Shown: piece after piece, positions 16,531 to 25,619 of the stretch | Position numbering within the stretch: the stretch's first letter is position 1 | Layout of the letters: each line of letters opens with the position of its first letter | DNA from: Acidimicrobiales bacterium | GTDB lineage: Bacteria > Actinomycetota > Acidimicrobiia > Acidimicrobiales > Palsa-688 | DNA: 26,799 nucleotides | Direction of reading: 5' to 3' | Assembly: GCA_035509995.1 (NCBI GenBank) | Contig: DATKHZ010000234.1 | Coordinates: forward strand, 1 to 26,799 | The notes under the pieces: generated by a model | The model's input: the letters and a program-made list of their open reading frames with translations, nothing else | Told to the model about the DNA's origin: nothing | Databases searched by the model: none | Made by a program: the position numbers and the translations under genes

Positions 16531-19287
16531 CTACCGACCGCCACCGGTCATATGTACGGTTGCGATCTGGGCGAGCTGGTGGCGGTCGGCAACACCGAGT
16601 TTGGCGAAAACACGTGTCAGGTGGCTTTTCACCGTGGGTGTGGAAACGAACAGCTGCCCGGCGATCTCGGCGTTGCTCAGGCGCTTGGCGACGAGGGAAA
16701 CGACCTGACGCTCAGTCCGGGTGAGGCTCCCCCAGCCCGAAACGGAGCGCCTGTGGCTGCCGCGTCCTCGGCGGGCATAGGCAACAGCTTCTGTGAGCGT
16801 GAGCGCCCGGCCCTCAGTGAAGGCCTGGTCGAAAGGCTCCTGTCCGAGGGCTGTCTGGGCAGCCGCGAGCACTGGGGCGAGCTCGTCCCGAGCCCGGGCC
16901 CAGCGGCGGTAGCCCGTGGCTTCCCGCTGGCACTCAGCGGCGCCGAGGAGCCGGGCTGCCTCGGCTGCGCGCCCGAGATCAGCACCGGTGATGGCCACCA
17001 GCTCGAGCAGGTCGATAGCCCAAATGACGTGCCCTGCGCCGGCCGCTTGTTCGAGGCCATCACAAGCCAGCTCGTGCGCTCGCAACCAGTCGCCATCGGC
17101 CCGGGCCAGGTGGGACTCAGCCCGCAGGACAGGCACCCCTTCGGGCTCAGGCCTTCTCGGTAACCGCCAGGTGCAAGCGTCGAGATGGCGTCGGGCGGAG
17201 CCCAGGTCGCCGCGGCGCAGCGCCACCTCGGCCAGCACGGCCCGGTTGTTCACGCACATGCGTCCGAGCCCGAACGCCTCCAACTTGGAACTCGCGCTCT
17301 CCAGGAGTTCATAACCGTGGTCGTCCTGGCCGAGAGAGACCTCGAGATGGCCGGAGCCCATATCGGCGCACGCCAGGTTGAAGGCGTCGTCGATCGACTC
17401 AGCCAAGGCCCGGGCCCGGGCGAACGCACCCGTCGCACCGGCATCGCCCAGGTACGTATAGGCCTCGCCGATGTGGCGTTCACCCCAGCAGACAAACCTG
17501 GGGGCCGATAGCTCAGTGCTCAGCCGCAATAGCTTTTCGGCTTCCTCCAACCCCCTCACCAAGCGACCGGAGCAAGTGGCGGCGATGGAACCAATGGTCC
17601 CCGTACTGACCAACCCCCATAGATAATCGACGTCGCGAACCGCGCGTTCTGATTCCTCGGCCAGACAGAGGGCTTCTTCAGGACGGCCAAGCCAAAGGTA
17701 AGCCCACGCTTTGTTGTGCAGGCCTAGGTCGGCCGTTTTGGGGAGCCCCGCCTTTAGGGCCATATCTATGGCTTCGTCAGCCGTCTTTAGCGCTTCGTCG
17801 GGCTGTGCCCAGGCCTGCAAGTTCGCAACCGCGTACAAGCCGCGAGCGGTCGCCCAGTCATACCCGGCCGACCGACCGAGTTCGGTCAGCTCCCATGCCA
17901 GGCGAAGCGAGGTCGGTGGGTCCGAGTTGCGCGTGCTGCGAAGAGCAAAGTACAAGAGGTCGGCCCGGCGCGAAGGGTCCAGCTCGGCCGCCAGCAGCCG
18001 CTCGCAGCGGGCCCAAGCCTCGGGCCAAAGCCGCAAACCGTCGAAGAAGGGCCACAGCGCTCCGAGCAGGTCGGCGCAGGCGTTGAACTGCTCGGACTGG
18101 ACGCTCCAGTCGAGGGCAGCGCGCAGGTTGTCCAGGTCGGGCTCCAGGACCGCCAGGGCGGCAGCGATCTCGCTGGTCAGACCCATCGGTTGCATGGATT
18201 GCGCAAGCGTGGTGAGGTACGCGAGGTGCCGGTCCCGGAACAAGGCAGTTGCGCCCTCGGGTTCCAGGGCGGTGCCCGCGTAGGCGCGCATGGTCTCGTG
18301 GAGCCCGAAGCGGTCGGCACCCGCGTCCGCCTGGACCAGGGACTTGTCCACCAGGGAGGTCAATAGCCCGAGGACTTGATCACGCTCTATTTCGCCACCG
18401 GCGCACACGGCCTCGGCGGCAGCTACCCCGAAACCGGAAGCGAACACCGAAAGACGCGCCAACAGAGCGCGCTCGTCCTCGCTGAGCAGGGCGCAGCTCC
18501 ATTCGATCGAGGCCAGGAGAGTTTTTTGCCGGGACGGCACAGCCCGCCCGTTGCCGACGAGCAAGTGGAACCGGTCTGAAAGACCAGCCGCGATGGCATG
18601 GACGCTCATCAACCTGGCCCGAGCCGCCGCCAGCTCCAGGGCTAAGGGGATGCCGTCGAGCCGCTCGCAGATCTCAGCTACGGCCGGTACGTCGGAGTTG
18701 GGCATGATAAAGCTCGGGCGAGCCCTTGTGGCTCTGTCGATGAAGAGCCTTCCCGCCTCCGAGCTCTCGAGCCAGTCTTCACCGCCGCGTTGGTCGTGGT
18801 CCGGCAGGTCGAGACCTCCCACGGGCACTATGGCTTCGCCTGCGACCCCCAAACGCTCGCGTGACGTCGCCAGTACCCATATCCGGGGGCAGCCGCGCAC
18901 CATGGCGTCCGCCAGCGACGCGCAGGCGTCGACTAGGTGCTCACAATTGTCCAGGATGACGAGCACGTCCCGCTCGGAAAGCCGGGAGACGAGCACCCCG
19001 ACCGGGTCCCGGCCGGGTGCCGCCTGCAAACCGAGGGTGCCGACGACAGCGCCAGGCACCAAACCGGGGTCGGAGATGCCCGACAGGTCCACGAAGAACA
19101 CCCCGTCGGTGCGGCGATCGGCCACGTCTCGCCCGATCTCAATGGCGAGGCGGGTCTTGCCGCACCCGCCCGGGCCGACCAAGCTGACCAGGCGGTCGGC
19201 TTGCAGCCGGTCGCGGACGGTGGCAATGGTGGCTTCGCGCCCGACGAAGCTCGTGAGCTGGCCTGGCAGGTTCCCTGGAACCTTCAT
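16531..19287 (-). CDS. STAND/NB-ARC-like ATPase with C-terminal LuxR HTH (918 aa)
   Basis: GNLPGQLTSFVGRE, Walker A GPGGCGKT, Walker B LVILDNCEHL, LDGIPLALELAAAR, TPR-like middle, LuxR HTH (LTRTERQV...SNAEIAGQLFVSTPTVKSHLTRVFAKLGV). Confidence 0.93.
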   Translation of the reverse strand: MKVPGNLPGQLTSFVGREATIATVRDRLQADRLVSLVGPGGCGKTRLAIEIGRDVADRRTDGVFFVDLSGISDPGLVPGAVVGTLGLQAAPGRDPVGVLVSRLSERDVLVILDNCEHLVDACASLADAMVRGCPRIWVLATSRERLGVAGEAIVPVGGLDLPDHDQRGGEDWLESSEAGRLFIDRATRARPSFIMPNSDVPAVAEICERLDGIPLALELAAARARLMSVHAIAAGLSDRFHLLVGNGRAVPSRQKTLLASIEWSCALLSEDERALLARLSVFASGFGVAAAEAVCAGGEIERDQVLGLLTSLVDKSLVQADAGADRFGLHETMRAYAGTALEPEGATALFRDRHLAYLTTLAQSMQPMGLTSEIAAALAVLEPDLDNLRAALDWSVQSEQFNACADLLGALWPFFDGLRLWPEAWARCERLLAAELDPSRRADLLYFALRSTRNSDPPTSLRLAWELTELGRSAGYDWATARGLYAVANLQAWAQPDEALKTADEAIDMALKAGLPKTADLGLHNKAWAYLWLGRPEEALCLAEESERAVRDVDYLWGLVSTGTIGSIAATCSGRLVRGLEEAEKLLRLSTELSAPRFVCWGERHIGEAYTYLGDAGATGAFARARALAESIDDAFNLACADMGSGHLEVSLGQDDHGYELLESASSKLEAFGLGRMCVNNRAVLAEVALRRGDLGSARRHLDACTWRLPRRPEPEGVPVLRAESHLARADGDWLRAHELACDGLEQAAGAGHVIWAIDLLELVAITGADLGRAAEAARLLGAAECQREATGYRRWARARDELAPVLAAAQTALGQEPFDQAFTEGRALTLTEAVAYARRGRGSHRRSVSGWGSLTRTERQVVSLVAKRLSNAEIAGQLFVSTPTVKSHLTRVFAKLGVADRHQLAQIATVHMTGGGR

Positions 19288-19381
19288 GGAGAGGTCACCA
19301 AGAAGAAGTGTGGGCCCAGGCCCAGGCGAAGTGCAAGGACCGAGGCGTGCCTTGGCGCGAGGGGACGAGCGTGGCGCACAG

Positions 19382-20323
19382 TCAGGTCACTTGGACCAGG
19401 TCGTCGTTCCCTCGTTGACCGACCGGGTTTGTCATCTCCCTTCTGCGCCACCGGCCAGGTGGAAGCCCGTGGTGGCGGCAGAACGCGGCTGCGAAGGCGT
19501 AGGGGGAGGCATAGCCGGTGCGTGTGGCGATCTGCATGAGTGTCAGCTCGCCGGCACGCAGGTGTTCCCGTGCCAGGGTCATGCGCCAGTCGGTCAGGTA
19601 CTGGATGGGAGCCTGACCTAACGCGAGCTGGAAGTTCCGGGCGAACGCAGCGCGTGACAGCCCGCTGATTGCTGCCAGCTCCGGCACGGTCCACCCCCGG
19701 GCGGGGTCGGCGTGCATGGCGCTCAGGGCCGGGCCTAGCCTGGGATCGGCCGAGGCTTGGTACCAGCGAGGCGCATTCTCGCCTCGCTGAAAGCAGGCGC
19801 GTATCGCGAGCACCAGTAGGACATCGAGAAGTCGGTCGAGCACGGTCTGTTGACCGGGTGCGGGGGTGGCGAGCTCGGATGAAAGCAGACCGATGACGTC
19901 GTGGAGGGGTTCGTCCGCCGCGGCCGACAGAGCCAGGATTGGCGGAAGACCTTCCAGTAGTCCTCTGCCGATGTCGCCTGAGAGCACGTATGCCCCGCAG
20001 AGGAACACGTTCGCGCCATCGGTCGAGGCGCGTTCGTCATATGCGTGGCGCCGTCGGAACTCCTCGTGCGTTAGGCAAGCGGCGTTGGGCTTGTGAGCTA
20101 TGAAGTGGTCGGGGCCGCCGCGGACGAGCGCCACGTCACCGGGCGCGAGCTCCGCTGGGGATCGCGGGTCTTGCCATAACCACACACGGCCCTGGATGAC
20201 CGCGTGCACGGTAAGCGGGATGGTGCCAGGTAGACGTAGCCCCCATGGCGGTCGTGCGACCGATCGTGCGAAGACCCCGCCCGAGGCGCGGGCCCTGGCT
20301 AGGTGAGCTTGCAGAACGTCCAT
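19382..20323 (-). CDS. AraC-family regulator with N-terminal cupin domain
   Basis: HAVIQGRVWL and LAPGDVALV cupin; WTVPELAAISGLSRAAFARNF and IATRTGYASPYAFAAAF double HTH. Confidence 0.93.
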   Translation of the reverse strand: MDVLQAHLARARASGGVFARSVARPPWGLRLPGTIPLTVHAVIQGRVWLWQDPRSPAELAPGDVALVRGGPDHFIAHKPNAACLTHEEFRRRHAYDERASTDGANVFLCGAYVLSGDIGRGLLEGLPPILALSAAADEPLHDVIGLLSSELATPAPGQQTVLDRLLDVLLVLAIRACFQRGENAPRWYQASADPRLGPALSAMHADPARGWTVPELAAISGLSRAAFARNFQLALGQAPIQYLTDWRMTLAREHLRAGELTLMQIATRTGYASPYAFAAAFCRHHGLPPGRWRRREMTNPVGQRGNDDLVQVT

Positions 20324-20324
20324 C

Positions 20325-20374
20325 TTGTGAGCGTCTCACAAAGTAAATAGAGCGTCAAGCACATTGATACGCTC
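20325..20374. promoter_or_regulatory. Candidate AraC-type binding region
   Basis: GAGCGTC direct repeats at 20329 and 20350 (21-bp period); palindrome TTGTGAG-CGT-CTCACAA (20325-20341); inverted GAGCGT/ACGCTC (20350-20374). Confidence 0.55.
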
Positions 20375-20398
20375 CCGTCGGCCCTGCAGGCTGTATGT

Positions 20399-21249
20399 AT
20401 GACAAACGCTTCCTCCAACATCCTCGTGCTTGGGGGCACTGGCAAGACTGGCTCTCGGCTCGCCGCGAGGCTTGCGAAGCTCGGCTTCAACGTCCGTAGC
20501 GCTGCACGCTACGGCGCTGATGTCCGCTTCGACTGGGACGATCCAACTACCCACCCCGCTGCCCTACGCGAGACCGATCGCCTGTACCTGGTGGCGCCGG
20601 TCATGCGAACTGACTTTGCCGACCGGGTAGCAACGTTCCTCGATCTCGCAGAGACCGCCGGCGTGCGTCACGTCACGTACCTAAGCGCCCATGGTATTGG
20701 CGAGGCTCCGTCGCAGGTGGCTCTAAGAGCCGTCGAGCTCGACCTTATCGGCCGGGGCGCCATCACCCATTCCATCCTCCGTCCCGCCTGGTTCATGCAG
20801 AACTTCAGCGAAACCTTCCTCAAGCCTATCGACGGCCTGATTACGGTACCTACCGCCAACGGCTCGGAGGCGTTCATTGACGCCAGCGACATCGCCGCGG
20901 TAGCCGCCGAGACGCTGGCCAACCCGGATGCTCACGCCGGCGCCGCGTACGCGCTCACAGGCCCTGAGGCGATCACGGTAGGCGAGGCGGCTGAGATCAT
21001 CGCGGACGTCGCCGGAACGCCGATGAAGCATAACGACATGACCGCGACCTGTGGATCCAAGACGCCGTTGCAGCCGGCGTGCCCGCCGAATACGGCGAGA
21101 TGCTGCGGATTTTGACAGAGGCGGTCGCCTCCGGAAAGGGCTCCCGGCCCAGCGACAACGTCGAAAAGGTCACCGGTGCTCCTCCGATCAGGTTCGTGGA
21201 CTTCGTTCGGCGAACCGCGCAGGCGTGGGGTAGACGAGGACCATCGTGA
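20399..21249 (+). pseudogene. NmrA-like NAD(P)-binding oxidoreductase with a one-base frameshift
   Basis: Rossmann ILVLGGTGKTG, ILRPAWFMQNF, YALTGPEA. Restoring one C after 21039 gives HNDIDRDLWIQ...VEKVTGAPPIRFVDFVRRTAQAW, ending at TGA 21247-21249, which overlaps the next GTG. Confidence 0.85.
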
Positions 21250-21686
21250 CGACAATCACCGACATTGACGACTTCAGGGCGCTCGACCCGTTCTTTCGCA
21301 TCATCGAAAAGGCCCTCGAGGGCATCGCGGACGGCGCGCACTTCTTCGATCTGCTAGTCGAAGACGTCGTCTTCGACTACATCATTACCACTCCCGACTA
21401 CCCGAGGCACGTCGAGGGCCGCGAGACCGTCGCCGAGCTCTACCGCCCATACGGAACCGTGATCGTCCTCGACCGCTGTTACGACCTGGCGGTCCACCAC
21501 GACACGAAGACCGGCGTCGTGGTGCTCGAGTACGCCTCCGAGGGCCGAGTCGTCTCGACCGGGGCCCCCTACACCAACCGGTACATCTCGGTACTCACGA
21601 TCGCCGATCGCAAGGTCACTCATTGGCGCGACTACCTCGACCCGATAGCAGTCTTCGACGCGCTCGGTTGGCCGTCACATCGATGA
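21246..21686 (+). CDS. SnoaL/NTF2-like protein
   Basis: DLLVEDVVFDY...GRETV...YTNRYISVLTIADRKVTHWRDYLDP pattern; GTGA overlap with the repaired upstream gene. Confidence 0.88.
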   Translation: MTTITDIDDFRALDPFFRIIEKALEGIADGAHFFDLLVEDVVFDYIITTPDYPRHVEGRETVAELYRPYGTVIVLDRCYDLAVHHDTKTGVVVLEYASEGRVVSTGAPYTNRYISVLTIADRKVTHWRDYLDPIAVFDALGWPSHR

Positions 21687-21724
21687 GCCGAAACCTCGGC
21701 GACCTCGTACTTGTCCAGGGTGTC

Positions 21725-21746
21725 CACTATGTCCTGAGACATAGTG
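21725..21746. terminator. Perfect hairpin between convergent genes (possible bidirectional terminator)
   Basis: CACTATGTC-CTGA-GACATAGTG, a 9-bp stem with no U-tract. Confidence 0.4.
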
Positions 21747-21812
21747 CCCACTAAGTAGTGATCTCAGGCTATGCCGTGGCCAAGCCTCCGCAGACCTGAC
21801 GCCTCTCGGCTG

Positions 21813-23825
21813 CTACCTGGCCACGGCGGACGCCTCGTTGGAACGCGGCCCGGTCCCGACGGCGTTGACGGCCGCGACCTCGTAGTAGTACGTCCTTCCG
21901 TGCCTGGTCCCGGAGTCATTGTAGCTGCAGGTCGACCCGCTGCAGCTCGTGCTCGTATAGGTCGTCACCCCGCCCGAAGAGGTGCCCCGGTAGACCGTGT
22001 AGGAGGTGATCGGGTCGCCTCCGTTCGACACGGGCGCCGACCAGCTCAGGGCCACACCCCTGGTGGCTGACTCCTTCGCCGCCAGGTTGGTGGGCGCGCC
22101 CGGCACAGTGGCCGCAGGTGCCGGAGTGGCGGACAGCTCGTTCGAGTGAGCCGAATTACCCTTGGAGTTCACGGCCTCGACGGTGAAGTAGTACTTCATG
22201 CCGTTGGTGAGCGGGCTCACCGGGACCGTTGTGGCCCCATTCGTGCTCGCCACGGCCGTGGTGTAGCTCTCCCCTCCGGATGTGGTCCCTTCGTAGACGT
22301 CGTAGCCAATGATGGGGCTGCCCCCGTTGTTGGCCGGGGCGCTCCAGTTGAGGGTGACCGAGCCGTTCCCCGGCGTAGCCGTGTTGAGCGTGGGCGAACC
22401 GGGGACCGTCAGCGAGCTCGAGGGAGCGCTGAAGGCGACGATGCTGTTCGGGGAGCCCCCGGGTGTGCCCAAACCTGTCGGCCCGTTGTAGCCGTTCTGG
22501 CTGTCAGCGGCATTGCAAAGGTACGTGCCGCAGGACCCGTCGCTCCCCGAGGTCACAGCGTAAAGGGCGCCGGGAGAAGAGTAGAGGTACGACGCCGGGT
22601 AGTTGGCTGAGCCAAGCTTGTTGCCCGCCAGGGCATAAAACGAGGCGATGATCGGCGAGGCTACGCTCGTGCCTCCGTAGATCGCCCACCCCGAATTGCC
22701 GTAAGTGTCGTAGACCCACACACCGGTGTTGGGATCCGCGACAGCGGAAACATCGGCGACGGTCCGCTTGGCGCACCCCGCGTCGTGCTGCCAGGCGGGC
22801 TTTGCCACGTAGGCGCTGCAACCGGCGCCGGCCCCGCTCCAGGCCGTCTCCGATCCGTTCCGAGTGCCGGAATTGGTTAGCTGTGTAAGGCTCGTGCCCC
22901 CAACTGCGGTCACGTAGGACGAGGCGGCAGGGAACTCGACCCCAAAACCGCTGTCGCCAGAGCTGGCGACGACGGCCACGCCGGGGTGGTCGTAGTAGTT
23001 CGTGCTGTCGTTCGTCTCGCCGCTGTACTCGCTTGAGCCGTAGCTGTTGGACACGGCGTCAGCACCCAGAGCGACAGCCTCGTTCACCGCCGTCCCGAGG
23101 TCCGAGATGGAGGCGCTGTTGGCTTCCACGAGGAGGATCTGGCAGTTCGGGCAGATAGCGCTCACCATCTCGACGTCGAGGGACATCTCAACACCCCAGC
23201 CTGTGTCGCCCTGTGGGAGCGGCGAGCTGTTGCCGAACTCGTTCACCACATCGAACATGCAACTCTTGTTCGAAGGCGAGATCGTGCCGGTCGGGCAGCT
23301 GGGCAGGCCGAAGAAGGAGCGGTACGAAGCGAGGTCGCTCACGACGTTGGGGTCGCTGTTGGCGTCGACGATGGCGACCGTCTGCCCCGCCCCGCCGCCG
23401 CTGGCCGCCGCCGCCGACGCGACGTTGTAGGCCGACTGCAGGTAAGACGGGTCATAGGCTCCGTTGTTGCCCAGTGTGGAGCCGGGGGACGCGCCGCCGC
23501 CCCGCGCTGGCCGCGCCCGCTTGGCCCAGGGGTCGGTCCGGACGTGGGTGTCGCAGTGCGCCGTGCCGGCGGGCACGGCGAACGAGCACACGTTCACGTC
23601 GGTCTCGCCGTTGACGCCCTGGTGCTCGAAGAAGCCCCCGCCCAGCGAGGTGTAGCCCGCCCCCGCGCCGCTGCCGTCCGCGAAAGCGGGAACGGACAGC
23701 ACCGAGGCCAGGGTCAACACCCCCGCAGCCACGGCCGAGAATGACGCCAAGTGACTGCGCCGAGCCCGCCGCCTAGAGGTCAGTAGCGCCCCACGGTGGT
23801 CCTGTCGCCGATGGCCAAGTTCCAT
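21813..23825 (-). CDS. Secreted S53 (sedolisin-like) peptidase with two C-terminal fibronectin type III domains
   Basis: EMSLD (ExxLD), SSGDSG, GGTSVASP (catalytic Ser), GPTGLGTP; two FN3 repeats (LNWSAP..GG..I..Y...Y.F.V.AVN). Start reassigned to ATG 23825, which follows GGAGGAGG; signal peptide ends VPAFA. Confidence 0.92.
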   Translation of the reverse strand: MELGHRRQDHRGALLTSRRRARRSHLASFSAVAAGVLTLASVLSVPAFADGSGAGAGYTSLGGGFFEHQGVNGETDVNVCSFAVPAGTAHCDTHVRTDPWAKRARPARGGGASPGSTLGNNGAYDPSYLQSAYNVASAAAASGGGAGQTVAIVDANSDPNVVSDLASYRSFFGLPSCPTGTISPSNKSCMFDVVNEFGNSSPLPQGDTGWGVEMSLDVEMVSAICPNCQILLVEANSASISDLGTAVNEAVALGADAVSNSYGSSEYSGETNDSTNYYDHPGVAVVASSGDSGFGVEFPAASSYVTAVGGTSLTQLTNSGTRNGSETAWSGAGAGCSAYVAKPAWQHDAGCAKRTVADVSAVADPNTGVWVYDTYGNSGWAIYGGTSVASPIIASFYALAGNKLGSANYPASYLYSSPGALYAVTSGSDGSCGTYLCNAADSQNGYNGPTGLGTPGGSPNSIVAFSAPSSSLTVPGSPTLNTATPGNGSVTLNWSAPANNGGSPIIGYDVYEGTTSGGESYTTAVASTNGATTVPVSPLTNGMKYYFTVEAVNSKGNSAHSNELSATPAPAATVPGAPTNLAAKESATRGVALSWSAPVSNGGDPITSYTVYRGTSSGGVTTYTSTSCSGSTCSYNDSGTRHGRTYYYEVAAVNAVGTGPRSNEASAVAR

Positions 23826-23990
23826 GGGAAGTCCTCCTCCAAGCACGTTGTGCGCTCGCATGAGGATAGCCCATCGCCTCTCCGCCTTCTCGGGACGTCA
23901 GGCGCGGCCCGCACGGCGTCTAGCTGTCATCGTTAGGTAGGTGCGGGTTCCCGCCCTGCAGGCCAGCCGGGACGCTTCAGGCCCGATGGC

Positions 23991-24317
23991 TCACATCCCC
24001 GGGATCGGCAAATACTCCAGGACTTCGATGAACGATCCGCCCGGTGCACTGAGATGGGGATGACCATTGAGCAGCTTCTTTGCCGACTCGAGCGAGCCGG
24101 CTTCCAGTACTGAATAGCCGCCGACGCCGACGCCCGTCTCGCCGACTGGGCCTTCGGTGGCCACAGAGCTGAGGGGCGAGCCCATGTCAACCAGGGCCGA
24201 GCCGGCCCGTTCGGCCCAGTTCATCCACGCCTGCATGCCCTGCTGAGCCTGCTCGGGCGTGCCCATCTGTTCTCCCGCTCCTAGTGACGAGCGGTACAGG
24301 ATCATGTACTTGGGCAT
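23991..24317 (-). CDS. YciI-like protein
   Basis: MPKYMILYR...MQAWMNW...LVDMGSPL...GGYSVLEAGSLESAKKLL..HPHL pattern. Start reassigned to ATG 24317, which follows GGAGG. Confidence 0.85.
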   Translation of the reverse strand: MPKYMILYRSSLGAGEQMGTPEQAQQGMQAWMNWAERAGSALVDMGSPLSSVATEGPVGETGVGVGGYSVLEAGSLESAKKLLNGHPHLSAPGGSFIEVLEYLPIPGM

Positions 24318-24364
24318 TGGTAATTGTCCCTCCGTTCTTCGCAAATCATCCTTTGACCGCACTA

Positions 24365-24388
24365 TATACTGAACCACATGGTTCTGTA
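24365..24388 (+). promoter_or_regulatory. -10 box plus palindromic operator over the leaderless ArsR start
   Basis: TATACT (24365-24370) lies 7 nt before ATG 24378 with no Shine-Dalgarno; palindrome TAC-T-GAACCA-CA-TGGTTC-T-GTA (24367-24388). Confidence 0.65.
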
Positions 24389-24722
24389 TCGTGCAAGTGA
24401 CCCTCGCGCTGTTGATGAGGTTTTCGCCGCTCTGGCGGATCCGACTCGTCGCGCCATCTTGGAGAGACTCCGGCAGGGGGAGGCCTCAGTGAGCGAGCTC
24501 GCTACACCATTTCAAGTGTCCCTGCCGGCCGTCGCCAAACATCTGCGTGTCCTCGAACGCGCTGGCCTCTTAACGCACCGCAAGACCGGGCGCGTCCGCC
24601 GATGCCGAATCCGGGCCGATCGTTTGAAGTTGGCCACTGACTGGCTCGACACTTATCGCTCTTTTTGGAGCATTCGGCTCGATGCCCTGGCCAACCACCT
24701 CGAGTCTGGAGAGGACCGATGA
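24378..24722 (+). CDS. ArsR/SmtB-family regulator
   Basis: FAALADPTRRAILERL...SVSELA...SLPAVAKHLRVLERAGL...GRVRRC; ATGA overlap with the next gene. Confidence 0.93.
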   Translation: MVLYRASDPRAVDEVFAALADPTRRAILERLRQGEASVSELATPFQVSLPAVAKHLRVLERAGLLTHRKTGRVRRCRIRADRLKLATDWLDTYRSFWSIRLDALANHLESGEDR

Positions 24723-25192
24723 CCGAAGGTGGACCATCTAGCGAACGAGTGGTCGTTCGCCGAGCGATCGCGGCAAGCCGAGAGCGGGTATTCCACAGCT
24801 GGACTGACCCGGGACAACTCCGCCGATGGTGGGGCCCGGGCGGGTTCACATGTCCCGACGCAGTAGTCGACTTGCGGCCGGGTGGGACCTATCGTCTAGC
24901 GATGAAGCCGCCCGGTGACGGGCCGATCATGTCGGTGACTGGGACCTACCGCGAGGTTGATCCGCCTGAGCTGCTTGTGTACACGTGGCGCTGGGACAGT
25001 GGACCGGCAGCCTCGGATCACGAGTCTCTGGTGACGGTCGAGTTCACCGAACTCGGGGATGGGACCACCGAGGTGACGGTCACCCACGACCGCTTCCCGT
25101 TCGACCATGACTCATCGCCCTACCGCTCTGGATGGGAAGATGGGCTGGAGAAGCTCGGCGCTCTCGTTGAAAGGGGCGACGTCAATGCCTGA
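24719..25192 (+). CDS. SRPBCC/AHA1-like ligand-binding protein
   Basis: RVFHSWTDPGQLRRWWGP, DLRPGGTY, GTYREVDPPELLVYTW, GWEDGLEKL. Start reassigned to ATG 24719. Confidence 0.9.
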   Translation: MTEGGPSSERVVVRRAIAASRERVFHSWTDPGQLRRWWGPGGFTCPDAVVDLRPGGTYRLAMKPPGDGPIMSVTGTYREVDPPELLVYTWRWDSGPAASDHESLVTVEFTELGDGTTEVTVTHDRFPFDHDSSPYRSGWEDGLEKLGALVERGDVNA

Positions 25193-25613
25193 GGCGTCGC
25201 GCACCATCACAATCGCTCGACCCGTGGGCGACGTATTCGCCTTCCTAGCGGATGCGGAGAATGACAAGAAGTGGCGCCACGGGGTAATCGAGATCACTCG
25301 GACCGGGGGGCAAGGTGTTGGGACCACCTACCGCCAGGTCGTCAGCGGGCCCGGGGGACGACCAACCGATGCCGATGTGGAGATCACCGAATTCGTGCCT
25401 GATCACCGGATCGCCTTTCGGACCACCAAGGGCCCCGTTCGTCCCACTGGCAGCTACGACTTGCGCGCAGGTGACGGCGGCACCGAGCTCACTTTCCGCC
25501 TCGCGGCCAAACTTGGCGGGCTAAAGAAGCTCATGAGCCCAATGGTCTCCAGGGCCATGAACTCCGAGGTTGCAGCACTTGTCGAGCTGAAACGAGTTCT
25601 CGAGGACCATTAG
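25185..25613 (+). CDS. SRPBCC (polyketide cyclase/dehydrase-like) protein
   Basis: ITIARPVGDVFAFLAD.END.KW, GVGTTY, ITEFVPDHRIAF. Start reassigned to ATG 25185, overlapping the upstream gene end. Confidence 0.9.
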   Translation: MPEASRTITIARPVGDVFAFLADAENDKKWRHGVIEITRTGGQGVGTTYRQVVSGPGGRPTDADVEITEFVPDHRIAFRTTKGPVRPTGSYDLRAGDGGTELTFRLAAKLGGLKKLMSPMVSRAMNSEVAALVELKRVLEDH

Positions 25614-25619
25614 GAGAAA

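Noticed and set aside
18551-19621. 356-aa plus-strand ORF and other long antisense ORFs (7169..7906, 13584..14282, 16552..17163)
   Set aside because: Typical high-GC antisense shadows of well-supported genes.
21721-21750. dif/Xer site (ACTATGTC resembles the XerD arm)
   Set aside because: No 11-6-11 layout and no XerC-like arm.
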